From Escherichia phage vB_VIPECOOM01, in sequence record OQ721909: a stretch of 64,000 bases of DNA. One strand, 5' to 3'. The notes beneath the pieces are model-generated. The model was not told the origin of the DNA and did no database searches. It worked only from the letters and a program-made list of their open reading frames with translations. Both the position numbers and the translations under genes were made by a program. Positions 49,320-58,395 of the stretch are shown one piece after another (position 1 is the first letter of the stretch; the number at the start of each line of letters is the position of its first letter).

Positions 49320-49847
49320 TTATGCGAGTACCGTCTTTAACCGTTCTTCAAACTTCCGAAGAGTATTTTGGCGTTCAGCTCTTTGCTTTTTGTAAGTTTC
49401 AATACGCTCTGAAATGAGAGAGTATCGTTCATTTACTGATTCTTTCATAAAATCAGGAATTTCACGAGAAGCTTTAATCTCGTCAAATTTATCAATAACA
49501 GCTTGCTCTTCAGCAATTAAGTTATCATACATCAAAATATCTTTCTTGATGAACTCAATATCTTCTTGAGTTACACGAGATAATTTAGATGCTTTATCCT
49601 TTTTGTACTGTTCGTTAGTATCACGAGACCAGTGTAATGTACGATTTTTATTCGTATTTTTGTAAATTTCGACAATACCAATCTCATCAATAATAACGAT
49701 CCAATTCCAACGGGATTTGTAAATTTGTCCTCCATCAACAGTGATTTCACCTCCGATTGAGATGTCGTTAAAGAACTTACTCTGTGCTTCAGATTTAAAT
49801 TTACCATCGTTGTAATTTACCAAGTTGAAAATATCTTTAGCGTTCAT
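49320..49847 (-). CDS. hypothetical protein
   Basis: 175 aa; early promoter upstream. Confidence 0.45.
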   Translation of the reverse strand: MNAKDIFNLVNYNDGKFKSEAQSKFFNDISIGGEITVDGGQIYKSRWNWIVIIDEIGIVEIYKNTNKNRTLHWSRDTNEQYKKDKASKLSRVTQEDIEFIKKDILMYDNLIAEEQAVIDKFDEIKASREIPDFMKESVNERYSLISERIETYKKQRAERQNTLRKFEERLKTVLA

Positions 49848-49907
49848 TTTCTGTTCCTCCGTAGTTGATAGGGTAATAATACCACAGAGGAACAGTCTTG
49901 TAAACCA

Positions 49908-50213
49908 CTAAAAGAAACTTCTTTCACAATTTTTTCCACTGAACCATGCGCTTACCGCTTTCTTAGTCTCGGGAGCAGTGTGGTCCATAAACCATTCAAA
50001 GGCAGCCTTTTTATGATTCTGAAGGGCTTCTCGGGCTTTAATCTGCTCACGGTCTATTAACACTAACATATGAGCCTTTCTTGTCACCATGGGCTTCTTA
50101 TGATTTTTTGAATACTCCCAGTCATTTGTCCATCGCATTGTCGTTGCGAATTGAAATACTGCTTCTTTAATTTTAGTTTCGTAAATTTCACGAGCCTTTG
50201 AGTATAACATCAC
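49908..50213 (-). CDS. hypothetical protein
   Basis: 101-aa ORF. Confidence 0.4.
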   Translation of the reverse strand: MMLYSKAREIYETKIKEAVFQFATTMRWTNDWEYSKNHKKPMVTRKAHMLVLIDREQIKAREALQNHKKAAFEWFMDHTAPETKKAVSAWFSGKNCERSFF

Positions 50214-50292
50214 TACCTCCGTTTACCAGTTTAATTCTAGTCATCTTTTTAATGGCAGTCCATATAATCTATTTCTGAACTGCCTTTTTGTC

Positions 50293-51012
50293 TTAGGATT
50301 CTTCTAAATGTCTTTTCTGAAAAGTTGATACCATACTACGATACGGTTCATTTGGATATCCGTGTTTTATAGCTTCCTTTGTAAATTTTCTCCATCCATA
50401 TTTAGTTTCTTTCCAAAGCTCGAATAATTCATCTTCATATTGCCATATAGTTAAATGAGAACGCTTTGCAGCTTTAATTCCATTAATATGCTTTTCTTTT
50501 ACTACAGGATTGCTTAGTTTCTTTTTAATAATATTACTAACTTTTCTAACAAAAGCTGGGTCCTTATATCGTTGTGAAGTTTTTATTGAAGTGTTTAATT
50601 TAGCTTCCGGCGTGGATGTGACCTCTTTCATCTTTTTCTTCATATGCTGTATATGATTAGGATTTTTCCATAAATTTATAGAATGCTTTTTGCATTTTAT
50701 CCTAGTTTCATCTGCAACCTTTCCTCCTTCACCCCCGTATGACAGGTTAACACAGTTTTTTCCATATTTCAATTTACCTGCCATGATATATAATATTTCA
50801 GCTTGTACCATTTTATCATAATTATCAAAAACTTCTAAAACCGTTTTTGATAATATGTGGTCATTTGACACTTTTACACGTTCTATATAATTTCCACTAC
50901 CAACATACGAATCATTGATGTTATTAGTTATATGTCGACCATAATAGTATTTCTTAATACCTGTCTTTAAATTTAATATTTCAGTTTTATAGATAGTAAA
51001 ATATTTTTTCAT
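50293..51012 (-). CDS. GIY-YIG-like (Seg-type) endonuclease candidate
   Basis: 239 aa; N-terminal IYK...GIKKYYYGRH...YVGSG resembles a GIY-YIG module; Lys-rich C-terminal half; ATGA overlap with upstream ATPase gene. Confidence 0.45.
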   Translation of the reverse strand: MKKYFTIYKTEILNLKTGIKKYYYGRHITNNINDSYVGSGNYIERVKVSNDHILSKTVLEVFDNYDKMVQAEILYIMAGKLKYGKNCVNLSYGGEGGKVADETRIKCKKHSINLWKNPNHIQHMKKKMKEVTSTPEAKLNTSIKTSQRYKDPAFVRKVSNIIKKKLSNPVVKEKHINGIKAAKRSHLTIWQYEDELFELWKETKYGWRKFTKEAIKHGYPNEPYRSMVSTFQKRHLEES

Positions 51013-51977
51013 TTTAATAATACCGTTTCAGCAATTTCTTCCCAACCGTTTTTGTCGGTCATAATAAAGTCAGCAAGATAAAGAGCAGTACGCAGTGAAA
51101 CATTGCGTAAACGATTAACATTAACTTTCATCCATGATAATGCTTTATAAGTTTCTTCATCAGAAAGACCGCGCTTTTGCATCATGTCAGTTGAAAGAAT
51201 AACATCTTCAACCCTGACCATAATTTCTTCATTAGTGTGAACACCCAAATCCAAATAAACTGAGCGGGACACTAATGCTTGTAAGTGTGGAGCAAGTTTA
51301 GTACCACGGTCTAATTCGCGGTCAATGTCAACGTTTGTGATAAAAACAATCGTTCCTTTAAATTCAAACTCACGCTCAATGCCTTTTTCTTCTAAGTAAG
51401 AAGACGCAGTGCTCCAGCAGACTTTACGGGTCTCTCCGGTGTCCAGAGCGGCTTTTAGAAGATTAAGAATATCCATATCAGAGAAAACATCCACATCATC
51501 AATCAAAAGGACAGAATTCTCTTCACGATTATTCCAAAGCTGCTCATAAAGACCAATACCAGAGATTTTACCATTAATGCTTTTATATTCAATGTATCCA
51601 ATATCATTTGCTTTATTTAAAGCTTTATCTAAAGAATACGTTTTACCAATACCTGCTGCGCCAGAGATAATTAATGAACGAATATTTCCATTAATAATAC
51701 CGTTCGTCATCATTCCCATAACATTAAATCTTTTATTAATGCGGGTTTTCATATCTTCATACGATTCTTTAACTTCTTCAACTTTTACACCATCATATGA
51801 AATATCTGATTTGTAAACCCAAACACCGCGACGTTTACCGTCAATTTCAACAAAAACTTTACCATCTCCTTGTGCATCTACCGGAGCATTATCTGGGAAC
51901 CATTCGCCTAAGAGCTCAAAAGTTCCAGAGATTTCTTTACCGAAGTAGATACCCTTATTGATAGTTACAGTTTTCAT
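51009..51977 (-). CDS. P-loop (AAA-like) ATPase
   Basis: 322 aa from ATG at 51977; Walker A GAAGIGKT, Walker B LLIDDVD; track extension is translated promoter/leader. Confidence 0.6.
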   Translation of the reverse strand: MKTVTINKGIYFGKEISGTFELLGEWFPDNAPVDAQGDGKVFVEIDGKRRGVWVYKSDISYDGVKVEEVKESYEDMKTRINKRFNVMGMMTNGIINGNIRSLIISGAAGIGKTYSLDKALNKANDIGYIEYKSINGKISGIGLYEQLWNNREENSVLLIDDVDVFSDMDILNLLKAALDTGETRKVCWSTASSYLEEKGIEREFEFKGTIVFITNVDIDRELDRGTKLAPHLQALVSRSVYLDLGVHTNEEIMVRVEDVILSTDMMQKRGLSDEETYKALSWMKVNVNRLRNVSLRTALYLADFIMTDKNGWEEIAETVLLK

Positions 51978-52062
51978 TTTATTCTCCAAATCCGTATCAG
52001 TTGATAGTTGTATAGTACCATAAAGCTTTATGCTTGTAAACTGTTTTGTGAAAAAATTTTGA
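51978..52062 (-). promoter_or_regulatory. conserved promoter-leader cassette, copy C
   Basis: About 40 nt of leader and -10 nearly identical to copy B; -35 GTTTAC; ends at the ATPase ATG. Confidence 0.55.
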
Positions 52063-52070
52063 AATAAAAA

Positions 52071-52088
52071 GGGAGCCCGAAGGCTCCC
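52071..52088 (-). terminator. UUCG hairpin after the NTase-like gene
   Basis: GGGAGCC-UUCG-GGCUCCC, 7-bp stem. Confidence 0.55.
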
Positions 52089-52090
52089 TA

Positions 52091-53104
52091 TCATTTATAA
52101 TAACTTCGGTGGTTTTCAAGATAAACCTTCTCAAGGAAGTCATCCCAGAAACCCATGTCTACTTTTTGCTGCATACCGTTCTTAGAAGCTTCAATTGATG
52201 CTGCTTCTACTTGATCGACCACATCTTCCAAAAACTCTTGAACAGTTTTAAATGGATGCTTGCCCAGCTTCACGTCGAGAATAAATGGGGCATCTTGTAG
52301 TGGATAAACCAAGTCACCAGTTTTGTAAATTTCCAATAGTTGGAGTCCACCACGACAAGCATGACTCAGAGCTTTCCAGTCAATGCCCTCATTCGCTTCA
52401 GCCTTACGAGCACGTTCACCATATTCAGCATCAAGTTTATTCAGAGATTGCTTAAGCTCAATAAGAGAAAGTGTAGTCTGATATTTACGACCCAACACAG
52501 TATAGAACGTTTGCGGTCCCGTTTTCTCATGATTATGGAACACCCATTCACAGAATTCATTTTCTGGAAGACGATGCTTAATATCTTCAACTTTAGTGCG
52601 ACGTTGCTTAATGGAACCGTCTTCTTGATAATCAACCCACTGATCGGGGATTTGATTAACTACTTTCAATACATCACGCAATGCGGCCAAACGAGAACCC
52701 TTAACACCATATTTAGAAGCTTGCTTGCGGACATATCCTAAATAGGATTTCATGTTAGTTGTATAAAATCGTGAACGATTGTCTTGAATAAACTTCCATA
52801 CATCAGGCAAATCAGATTTAACTACTAGTTCAGGTGGAGTGTGAAGCATATCCAATGCTACAGTTTCACCATCTGCTGCTAATTTAAAGAAATACTTAAG
52901 ACTGTATAGTTCATGGTCAATATCATCTTTAGTGTTTTTAGATGATGTGTTGTTAGTGTTTTTACTCATATGCTCTTTAACATTTCCGATAAGAATATCG
53001 CGAGCAGGAGGAACAAAGATTTCTTTAAAATCTACATCAGATTCTGGAGTAGAAGTTCCATAAAGATGACTACCAAAATAGCTTTTCATTACTGTTTTCA
53101 TCAT
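52091..53104 (-). CDS. nucleotidyltransferase-fold protein (pol-beta superfamily)
   Basis: 337 aa; N-terminal FGSHLYGTSTPESDVDF matches the GS...DxD minimal NTase motif. Confidence 0.5.
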   Translation of the reverse strand: MMKTVMKSYFGSHLYGTSTPESDVDFKEIFVPPARDILIGNVKEHMSKNTNNTSSKNTKDDIDHELYSLKYFFKLAADGETVALDMLHTPPELVVKSDLPDVWKFIQDNRSRFYTTNMKSYLGYVRKQASKYGVKGSRLAALRDVLKVVNQIPDQWVDYQEDGSIKQRRTKVEDIKHRLPENEFCEWVFHNHEKTGPQTFYTVLGRKYQTTLSLIELKQSLNKLDAEYGERARKAEANEGIDWKALSHACRGGLQLLEIYKTGDLVYPLQDAPFILDVKLGKHPFKTVQEFLEDVVDQVEAASIEASKNGMQQKVDMGFWDDFLEKVYLENHRSYYK

Positions 53105-53562
53105 TCAGCCTTATATTCAATAACAGGACACACTTTAGCTTTACGGGCTTTTAAAAATTCGACGATAATAGATTTCTTTGGTTGAATAGGAGGTAAACCT
53201 TTATACGCCCTATCAATATTTTCTACATGTAAAGCATAATCCTTTTTCCATTTATAATCTTTATATTTTTCATGCAGTTGTGCAGGAATAACAAATGAAC
53301 CAATAATAAGTAAAACAAGCAAAATGGCAAGTATAAATGCTGATGGAATAAGAGTCCATAAACTACCAAAAATAAGCCATTTCTGCATGATTTCTGCGCA
53401 GATGATAGTTAGACCTGCGAGTATAGTACATCCGAAAAAAGAAACGAAAAATGTAGGAATGGCAATAGACCAAAAATACGCGCATAGTGTCTTAGGTCGT
53501 TTCCATTCATCATTAAACATTTTGAATAATTTATAGTGCCAAGAGCTTTCATTAATAATCAT
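53101..53562 (-). CDS. membrane protein
   Basis: 153 aa with several hydrophobic helices. Confidence 0.45.
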   Translation of the reverse strand: MIINESSWHYKLFKMFNDEWKRPKTLCAYFWSIAIPTFFVSFFGCTILAGLTIICAEIMQKWLIFGSLWTLIPSAFILAILLVLLIIGSFVIPAQLHEKYKDYKWKKDYALHVENIDRAYKGLPPIQPKKSIIVEFLKARKAKVCPVIEYKAE

Positions 53563-53564
53563 AA

Positions 53565-54086
53565 TTATCCTTTCATTGAAGGTGTAACAGTTGTTAAATA
53601 CTTAATCATAGCCTCAGCTTCTGATTTTGATAATGAAATTTCTCCATTGTTTTGACGAATAGAAATAAAATCCGGATGACGGTCACCACCAGCTTTTAAA
53701 ACACACATATAAGTATCAGTTTCATCTTCAATATTTGAAATGATTGAAGCAGTTCCACATGAATGTGGTTTTTGATAAATCAATGCAGCTTTTCTTCCAC
53801 CGTTTGATTGTTCATAAACTTTTAACACATCAAACAAATCGCTTCTTTTATCAATAGCTAAGATGTTGTTTTCATCTTCAATGTTAAATCCTTCGGATAC
53901 TTCATAAAGTGTCACCCACAAATCACCTATATCGATAGTAGCATTTCCTTTTCCACGACTTTCAAGAATATGACAAATTTTCTTGATTTCGTCATAACTC
54001 ATTTTAATAATATCATCTCCTTGAATAAGGAAGATGTCATTTTTAAATTCAACACGAATTAAACCACTTTCACTTGAAATAAACAT
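53565..54086 (-). CDS. hypothetical protein, paralogue of 54093..54647
   Basis: C-terminal SKSEAEAMIKYLTTVTPSM vs TKDEAIALKTYLDSVIPTM in neighbour. Confidence 0.45.
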   Translation of the reverse strand: MFISSESGLIRVEFKNDIFLIQGDDIIKMSYDEIKKICHILESRGKGNATIDIGDLWVTLYEVSEGFNIEDENNILAIDKRSDLFDVLKVYEQSNGGRKAALIYQKPHSCGTASIISNIEDETDTYMCVLKAGGDRHPDFISIRQNNGEISLSKSEAEAMIKYLTTVTPSMKG

Positions 54087-54092
54087 ATTTCC

Positions 54093-54647
54093 TCACTTTG
54101 AAATCATAGTTGGAATGACAGAATCAAGATAAGTCTTTAGCGCAATAGCTTCGTCTTTGGTAAATGTGACAATATGTGATCGAAAATCGTCAATTTGGCG
54201 AATAGTTAAGACATCTCCCTCTTCATAACATTTTGATACATTTAAAAGAGTTTCATCATTCTGATTGCAAGCGTTAGTAATAATAGCATTGCAATTTTTG
54301 AGCCATTTTAAACTATGTTTTCTTTCATTAGAATAATAAAAATATTTAATCTTAGCTATAAAACTATCCCAATGGATAACTGATAAACACATTGACTCAC
54401 TGTTAATATTAAATCCTGGGCATGAAGAATAAAAATGAATTTTGTGCTCATCATTGATGCTTACTATTTTATCAGTATAAGGATATTCAATTTGGGTTAA
54501 ACGAATGATTTCACTGGGCGTAAAATATAGCATATCGTCTTCTTGCGTCAAACGATACATATTATTTACTTTTTCTATAGCCAATTCACCAAAAAGCGGA
54601 CTAACTTCTAATACTAATCGTTTCATATTAATCCTTTTTATTAGCAT
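54093..54647 (-). CDS. hypothetical protein, paralogue of 53565..54086
   Basis: 184 aa; shared C-terminal motif. Confidence 0.45.
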   Translation of the reverse strand: MLIKRINMKRLVLEVSPLFGELAIEKVNNMYRLTQEDDMLYFTPSEIIRLTQIEYPYTDKIVSINDEHKIHFYSSCPGFNINSESMCLSVIHWDSFIAKIKYFYYSNERKHSLKWLKNCNAIITNACNQNDETLLNVSKCYEEGDVLTIRQIDDFRSHIVTFTKDEAIALKTYLDSVIPTMISK

Positions 54648-54906
54648 GAATTTGTTCTAAAATTTTAGAGTATTCCTTCGTATCAGATTTACGTACAATC
54701 GATACACTATAAGGCATACTATCAGTATCTTTTATAAAGCGTTCCAAATGACACTCTAACAAAATTTCTGGATTATAAATCGTGTACATCAAATTACCTG
54801 TTGCTCCACGATATTGGCAGATTTCTACTGATTGAGTATCATTCCATAATTTTGTTAAGACTAAATCACCTACTTCTAATTTCGGAAAGCTCACATTATT
54901 CACCAA
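54628..54906 (-). CDS. hypothetical protein
   Basis: 92-aa ORF. Confidence 0.4.
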   Translation of the reverse strand: MVNNVSFPKLEVGDLVLTKLWNDTQSVEICQYRGATGNLMYTIYNPEILLECHLERFIKDTDSMPYSVSIVRKSDTKEYSKILEQIHANKKD

Positions 54907-55081
54907 TTAAAGTTTCAATATAAGAATCAAGATTTACTTTAGCTTCTTCCATAAGAGTTTTGTATTTAATCTTGTTAGCATATCCAGAGAAAGCTGATTC
55001 ATCAATAACTGTTGATGTATGAACAGCTTTACTATACATCTCAATTAATTCTCTTAATTTAAAAGCCTGCTCACTTGTCAT
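54896..55081 (-). CDS. small helical protein, tandem family
   Basis: 61-aa ORF. Confidence 0.35.
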   Translation of the reverse strand: MTSEQAFKLRELIEMYSKAVHTSTVIDESAFSGYANKIKYKTLMEEAKVNLDSYIETLIGE

Positions 55082-55245
55082 TACATGCTCCTTTGAATAA
55101 TATCAATAATATTGTTCACCAAATTATAAGTAAACATTGGGTAATTATATTGAATCATCACATACACAACAAACAAAATTTTCATTCTCTTCTCCTTGGC
55201 AGTTGACAAGATTACTATACCATAACCTTGCCAACTTGTAAACCA

Positions 55246-55419
55246 TTAAATGACGTTTTCAATAAAATTCTGAAGCTTTGTGTGAGCATCAACCATGATT
55301 TTCATTTCTTCCTTTGCGAAAGCTGTGCCTCTTTCCCGAGAAGAACACTCATAGTCAGAAACTGCATTAGCATATTCTTCAATTAGCTTCATTAAAAACA
55401 TCTGCTTTTCAGTTTTCAT
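55246..55419 (-). CDS. small helical protein (57 aa), missing from the ORF track
   Basis: Hand translation MKTEKQMFLMKLIEEYANAVSDYE...; resembles flanking small ORFs. Confidence 0.3.
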   Translation of the reverse strand: MKTEKQMFLMKLIEEYANAVSDYECSSRERGTAFAKEEMKIMVDAHTKLQNFIENVI

Positions 55420-55603
55420 TATTCCACCTAATCATTTCAAGATATTGAACTAACTTAGCTTTGGATTTATCCAAATCTCTTTTAGCTGCTTCTATACCGT
55501 CGTATGAATATCCTTCACAATGCTCAACTGCCAATTGGTATGAATCTATTTCAACATCACGTGCTAATTTAATGATTTTTTCAAACTGTTCACGTGTTAG
55601 CAT
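55409..55603 (-). CDS. small helical protein, tandem family
   Basis: 64-aa ORF. Confidence 0.35.
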   Translation of the reverse strand: MLTREQFEKIIKLARDVEIDSYQLAVEHCEGYSYDGIEAAKRDLDKSKAKLVQYLEMIRWNNEN

Positions 55604-55605
55604 AC

Positions 55606-55845
55606 TTAAACTCTCGTATTATGATCGATAATTTCATCAAGAAACATATCTAAAGCTTCTACAGCATTATCAACTTTAGCTTCAAGTTCTTCAGCGCCTT
55701 TATTTGCAATGCCTGCCGAAAACCAAGCAAAGTCACTAAGTTCCTCGTCTGCTTTGCGAATTAAAGCTACCAATTCTTTAATTTTATCTGCTTGTTCAAT
55801 ACTAATCATTATTCCACCACATATGAAAGAGAGAATATTGCACAC
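55606..55845 (-). CDS. small helical protein, tandem family
   Basis: 79-aa ORF. Confidence 0.35.
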   Translation of the reverse strand: MCNILSFICGGIMISIEQADKIKELVALIRKADEELSDFAWFSAGIANKGAEELEAKVDNAVEALDMFLDEIIDHNTRV

Positions 55846-56042
55846 GCCATATGAGTTGCAGCTTCATCACACATATCATAACGTTTCTTAAGAAGTTCTA
55901 CAAGTTCTTCACTAGTAACATCATCCATGTTGACGAAAAAATCACCATTAATGATGACGTAGATATTTCCTTCTTGATTAAGTGCTTCAATTTTCATGAT
56001 GTTCTCCTCTTTATCCGATGGTTGTATAGTATCACAGCTCAA
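55809..56042 (-). CDS. hypothetical small protein
   Basis: 77-aa ORF. Confidence 0.35.
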   Translation of the reverse strand: MSCDTIQPSDKEENIMKIEALNQEGNIYVIINGDFFVNMDDVTSEELVELLKKRYDMCDEAATHMACAIFSLSYVVE

Positions 56043-56070
56043 ATGGAAAGTAAACTGGTAAAATGAAAAA

Positions 56071-56088
56071 AGTCTCCCGAAGGAGACT
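56071..56088 (-). terminator. UUCG hairpin after rI.-1
   Basis: AGUCUCC-UUCG-GGAGACU. Confidence 0.55.
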
Positions 56089-56092
56089 AATG

Positions 56093-56479
56093 TTATTCGA
56101 GGGAAAGAAGATACTTACTCTGGTAAAACATTCCAGTAATATCATCTATCGTGCTTTGAATGGCTGGAGGCATTTCTTTGTAAATGCTGTTAGATTGGTC
56201 TAGTATACGATCAATCATTTTAATTGTGTCGGTCGGAAGTTTACTAGCATCTGGAATTGAAGGTGTGTATTTTCTACCAGAATACCCCAAATATTGCTCA
56301 CCAAATTTATCAATCAAATCTGGCAACTCAGAGAAAATAAAATCGTATGCTTTGTGTCTAGCATAACTTTTAGTTTCAAAATGTGCAGAATGAAAATAAG
56401 CTTGTGCAGCCATTAATAAACCTAAGTATTCATCTGCCTTTGAAGGTTTTCCACTTTGTGAAAAGTCGCTGAATTTCAT
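56093..56479 (-). CDS. hypothetical protein (rI.-1 position)
   Basis: 128 aa; UUCG hairpin after stop. Confidence 0.5.
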   Translation of the reverse strand: MKFSDFSQSGKPSKADEYLGLLMAAQAYFHSAHFETKSYARHKAYDFIFSELPDLIDKFGEQYLGYSGRKYTPSIPDASKLPTDTIKMIDRILDQSNSIYKEMPPAIQSTIDDITGMFYQSKYLLSLE

Positions 56480-56769
56480 TCAGTCTCCAATTTAATGTTC
56501 ATAATTCTAGCGTATGATTGTGCCATCTCCGCGCCTCGCTCTATACATTCAAAATCGGAAGAGCACGGGTCATTTTTATAAGTCGTTCGCATAAAACTAT
56601 AGAACTGTTCAGATGATTCTACGCTTTTATTCTCAAAAAGCATATAAACGTGTCTAATACCAGATTCCATAAATTTATCAAAATGAGGATCGACATTCGC
56701 TTCAATCGGTGGAGATAAAGCAAACGCTAATCCTAGCATGGCAAATAGTGCCGTTGCTTTTAAGGCCAT
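56476..56769 (-). CDS. rI: lysis inhibition regulator RI (antiholin)
   Basis: 97 aa as T4 RI; N-terminal signal-anchor; position next to tk. Confidence 0.8.
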   Translation of the reverse strand: MALKATALFAMLGLAFALSPPIEANVDPHFDKFMESGIRHVYMLFENKSVESSEQFYSFMRTTYKNDPCSSDFECIERGAEMAQSYARIMNIKLETE

Positions 56770-56781
56770 AAAGGCCTCCTA

Positions 56782-56994
56782 TCATTTTTGTCCTGTATTT
56801 ACTTTATGCCGATGCACGGCCTTAACTTTATCAAGGTATTTTTCAAAATTTCGCAATCTAGTATAGTCTGCCGGAGATTGGTTGAGTGATACTTCTCGAC
56901 GCAAAGCTGAAATGATATTTCCAACTTCCCTACGAATTTCATCTAATTGAAGAACAGTAAGATTGCGAAGTTGCTTTTCAGTTAATTGTAGCAT
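56782..56994 (-). CDS. hypothetical protein (rI.1 position)
   Basis: 70 aa; TATAAATA late promoter about 25 nt upstream. Confidence 0.5.
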
Positions 56995-57019
56995 ATATAC
57001 CCCTTTAGTTAGATAAACC

Positions 57020-57027
57020 TATTTATA
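57020..57027 (-). promoter_or_regulatory. late promoter TATAAATA upstream of rI.1/rI
   Basis: Exact TATAAATA between the tk stop and rI.1 start. Confidence 0.55.
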
Positions 57028-57036
57028 ACTTTTGCA

Positions 57037-57618
57037 CTAACCGAGCTTTTTAGTTAATTCATTCCAATGTTTTCTACACAAAGAAACATAAATTTCATCA
57101 CCAATACAGATTTGATTACCTTCTTTAACTGGTGTTCCATCTTCCATTAATCGAGCTGTCATAATAGCTTTTTTACCACAATGACAAACTGCTTTTAGTT
57201 CAATAAGTTTATCTGCAATCGCCAAAAGTTCTTTAGAACCTTCAAATAATTTTCCAGCGAAATCAGTCCTTAGTCCATAAGCCATAACAGGAACATTATA
57301 TGTATCAACAATTCGGCTTAATTGATGCACCTGTTCAGTTTTTAAAAACTGAGCTTCATCTACAAATACGCAATGAATATCTTTTTGTGCTTCAGCCCAT
57401 TTATAGAACTCAAAAATATCCATATCATCCGTAATAATATTCGCTTCCTGTTTAATTCCAATGCGAGAAACGACTTCACAGACAGAATCGCGAGTATCAA
57501 TAGCAGGCTTAAGAACTAATACACTCATTCCACGTTCTTTATAATTATGTGCAGCAGTCAAAAGAGAAGCAGATTTTCCAGCATTCATTGCTGCATAAGT
57601 AAAAATTAAACTCGCCAT
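57037..57618 (-). CDS. tk: thymidine kinase
   Basis: 193 aa as T4 Tk; P-loop AAMNAGKSASLL and C-terminal Cys cluster. Confidence 0.9.
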   Translation of the reverse strand: MASLIFTYAAMNAGKSASLLTAAHNYKERGMSVLVLKPAIDTRDSVCEVVSRIGIKQEANIITDDMDIFEFYKWAEAQKDIHCVFVDEAQFLKTEQVHQLSRIVDTYNVPVMAYGLRTDFAGKLFEGSKELLAIADKLIELKAVCHCGKKAIMTARLMEDGTPVKEGNQICIGDEIYVSLCRKHWNELTKKLG

Positions 57619-57627
57619 ATCACCTTC

Positions 57628-57813
57628 TTAAAGCGTATTCACATAAGCTATTAATTCGTTTTCTTTCTTATCAAACCGGTCAGCAAATTCTTCTTGCTGT
57701 TCGGGAGATAGCGGGCCGTATTCATCATAAAAGGTGTTTGCTTCTGCATGCTCATCTAGAAGTTCATGGATAAGCTCAAACAATTTATCTTTTTGTTCTT
57801 TACTCAGACTCAT
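57628..57813 (-). CDS. hypothetical small protein (tk.1 position)
   Basis: 61-aa acidic ORF. Confidence 0.4.
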   Translation of the reverse strand: MSLSKEQKDKLFELIHELLDEHAEANTFYDEYGPLSPEQQEEFADRFDKKENELIAYVNTL

Positions 57814-57979
57814 ATATTAATTTCCAGGAGTTTTAAAATAATTCGCTTTTGCTTAAATATTTCCGTAGTTAAATGGTCAGTATCTTTTTGACCGATTCCA
57901 ATGGCAAAACCTTTATTAACAGCGAGTTCAATTAAATTATCAAGCTCACGTAACACTTCATATTGTAACTCAAAATTAT

Positions 57980-58207
57980 TCATTTTGGTTTACCTTCTTT
58001 AACGAAATCAGGATAAGGATAAAATCCCGAATAAAATCCTTCGCCTTTATGATTGATGCATCCTTTATTAGAACAATAGCACCAATAATCGAAATCACAA
58101 GCCATTTCATCATTGCATAAAGCAAAAACAACTGGCCATTTACACTTTTCACAATGTGCATTTTTAAGAATACTAGTTTGGCTCATAACCATGTAACCTT
58201 TAAGCAA
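57980..58207 (-). CDS. Cys-rich small protein (tk.2 position)
   Basis: 75 aa with about 9 Cys. Confidence 0.4.
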   Translation of the reverse strand: MLKGYMVMSQTSILKNAHCEKCKWPVVFALCNDEMACDFDYWCYCSNKGCINHKGEGFYSGFYPYPDFVKEGKPK

Positions 58208-58395
58208 TATTCTTCTACATGTTGTTTACGACCTTTCTTATCAATAAAGGTATATTCAACGAATGTTCCAATATAGTCTTTATCTACATCATGTGGACTA
58301 TTAATTGGGCATTTAGTACGGCAAATGCGTTCCCATTGACGAATAATTTCTGCTTTGTTTTTAGGGTCAAACGGATGCGGGTAATGTGCTTTCAT
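58183..58395 (-). CDS. hypothetical small protein (tk.3 position)
   Basis: 70-aa ORF. Confidence 0.4.
   Translation of the reverse strand: MKAHYPHPFDPKNKAEIIRQWERICRTKCPINSPHDVDKDYIGTFVEYTFIDKKGRKQHVEEYCLKVTWL

Noticed and set aside
4317-56090. Possible CRISPR-like array from the recurring GGGCCGAAGCCC-type sequences
   Set aside because: Copies are dispersed tens of kb apart at gene ends without regular spacing; they are UUCG-tetraloop hairpins.
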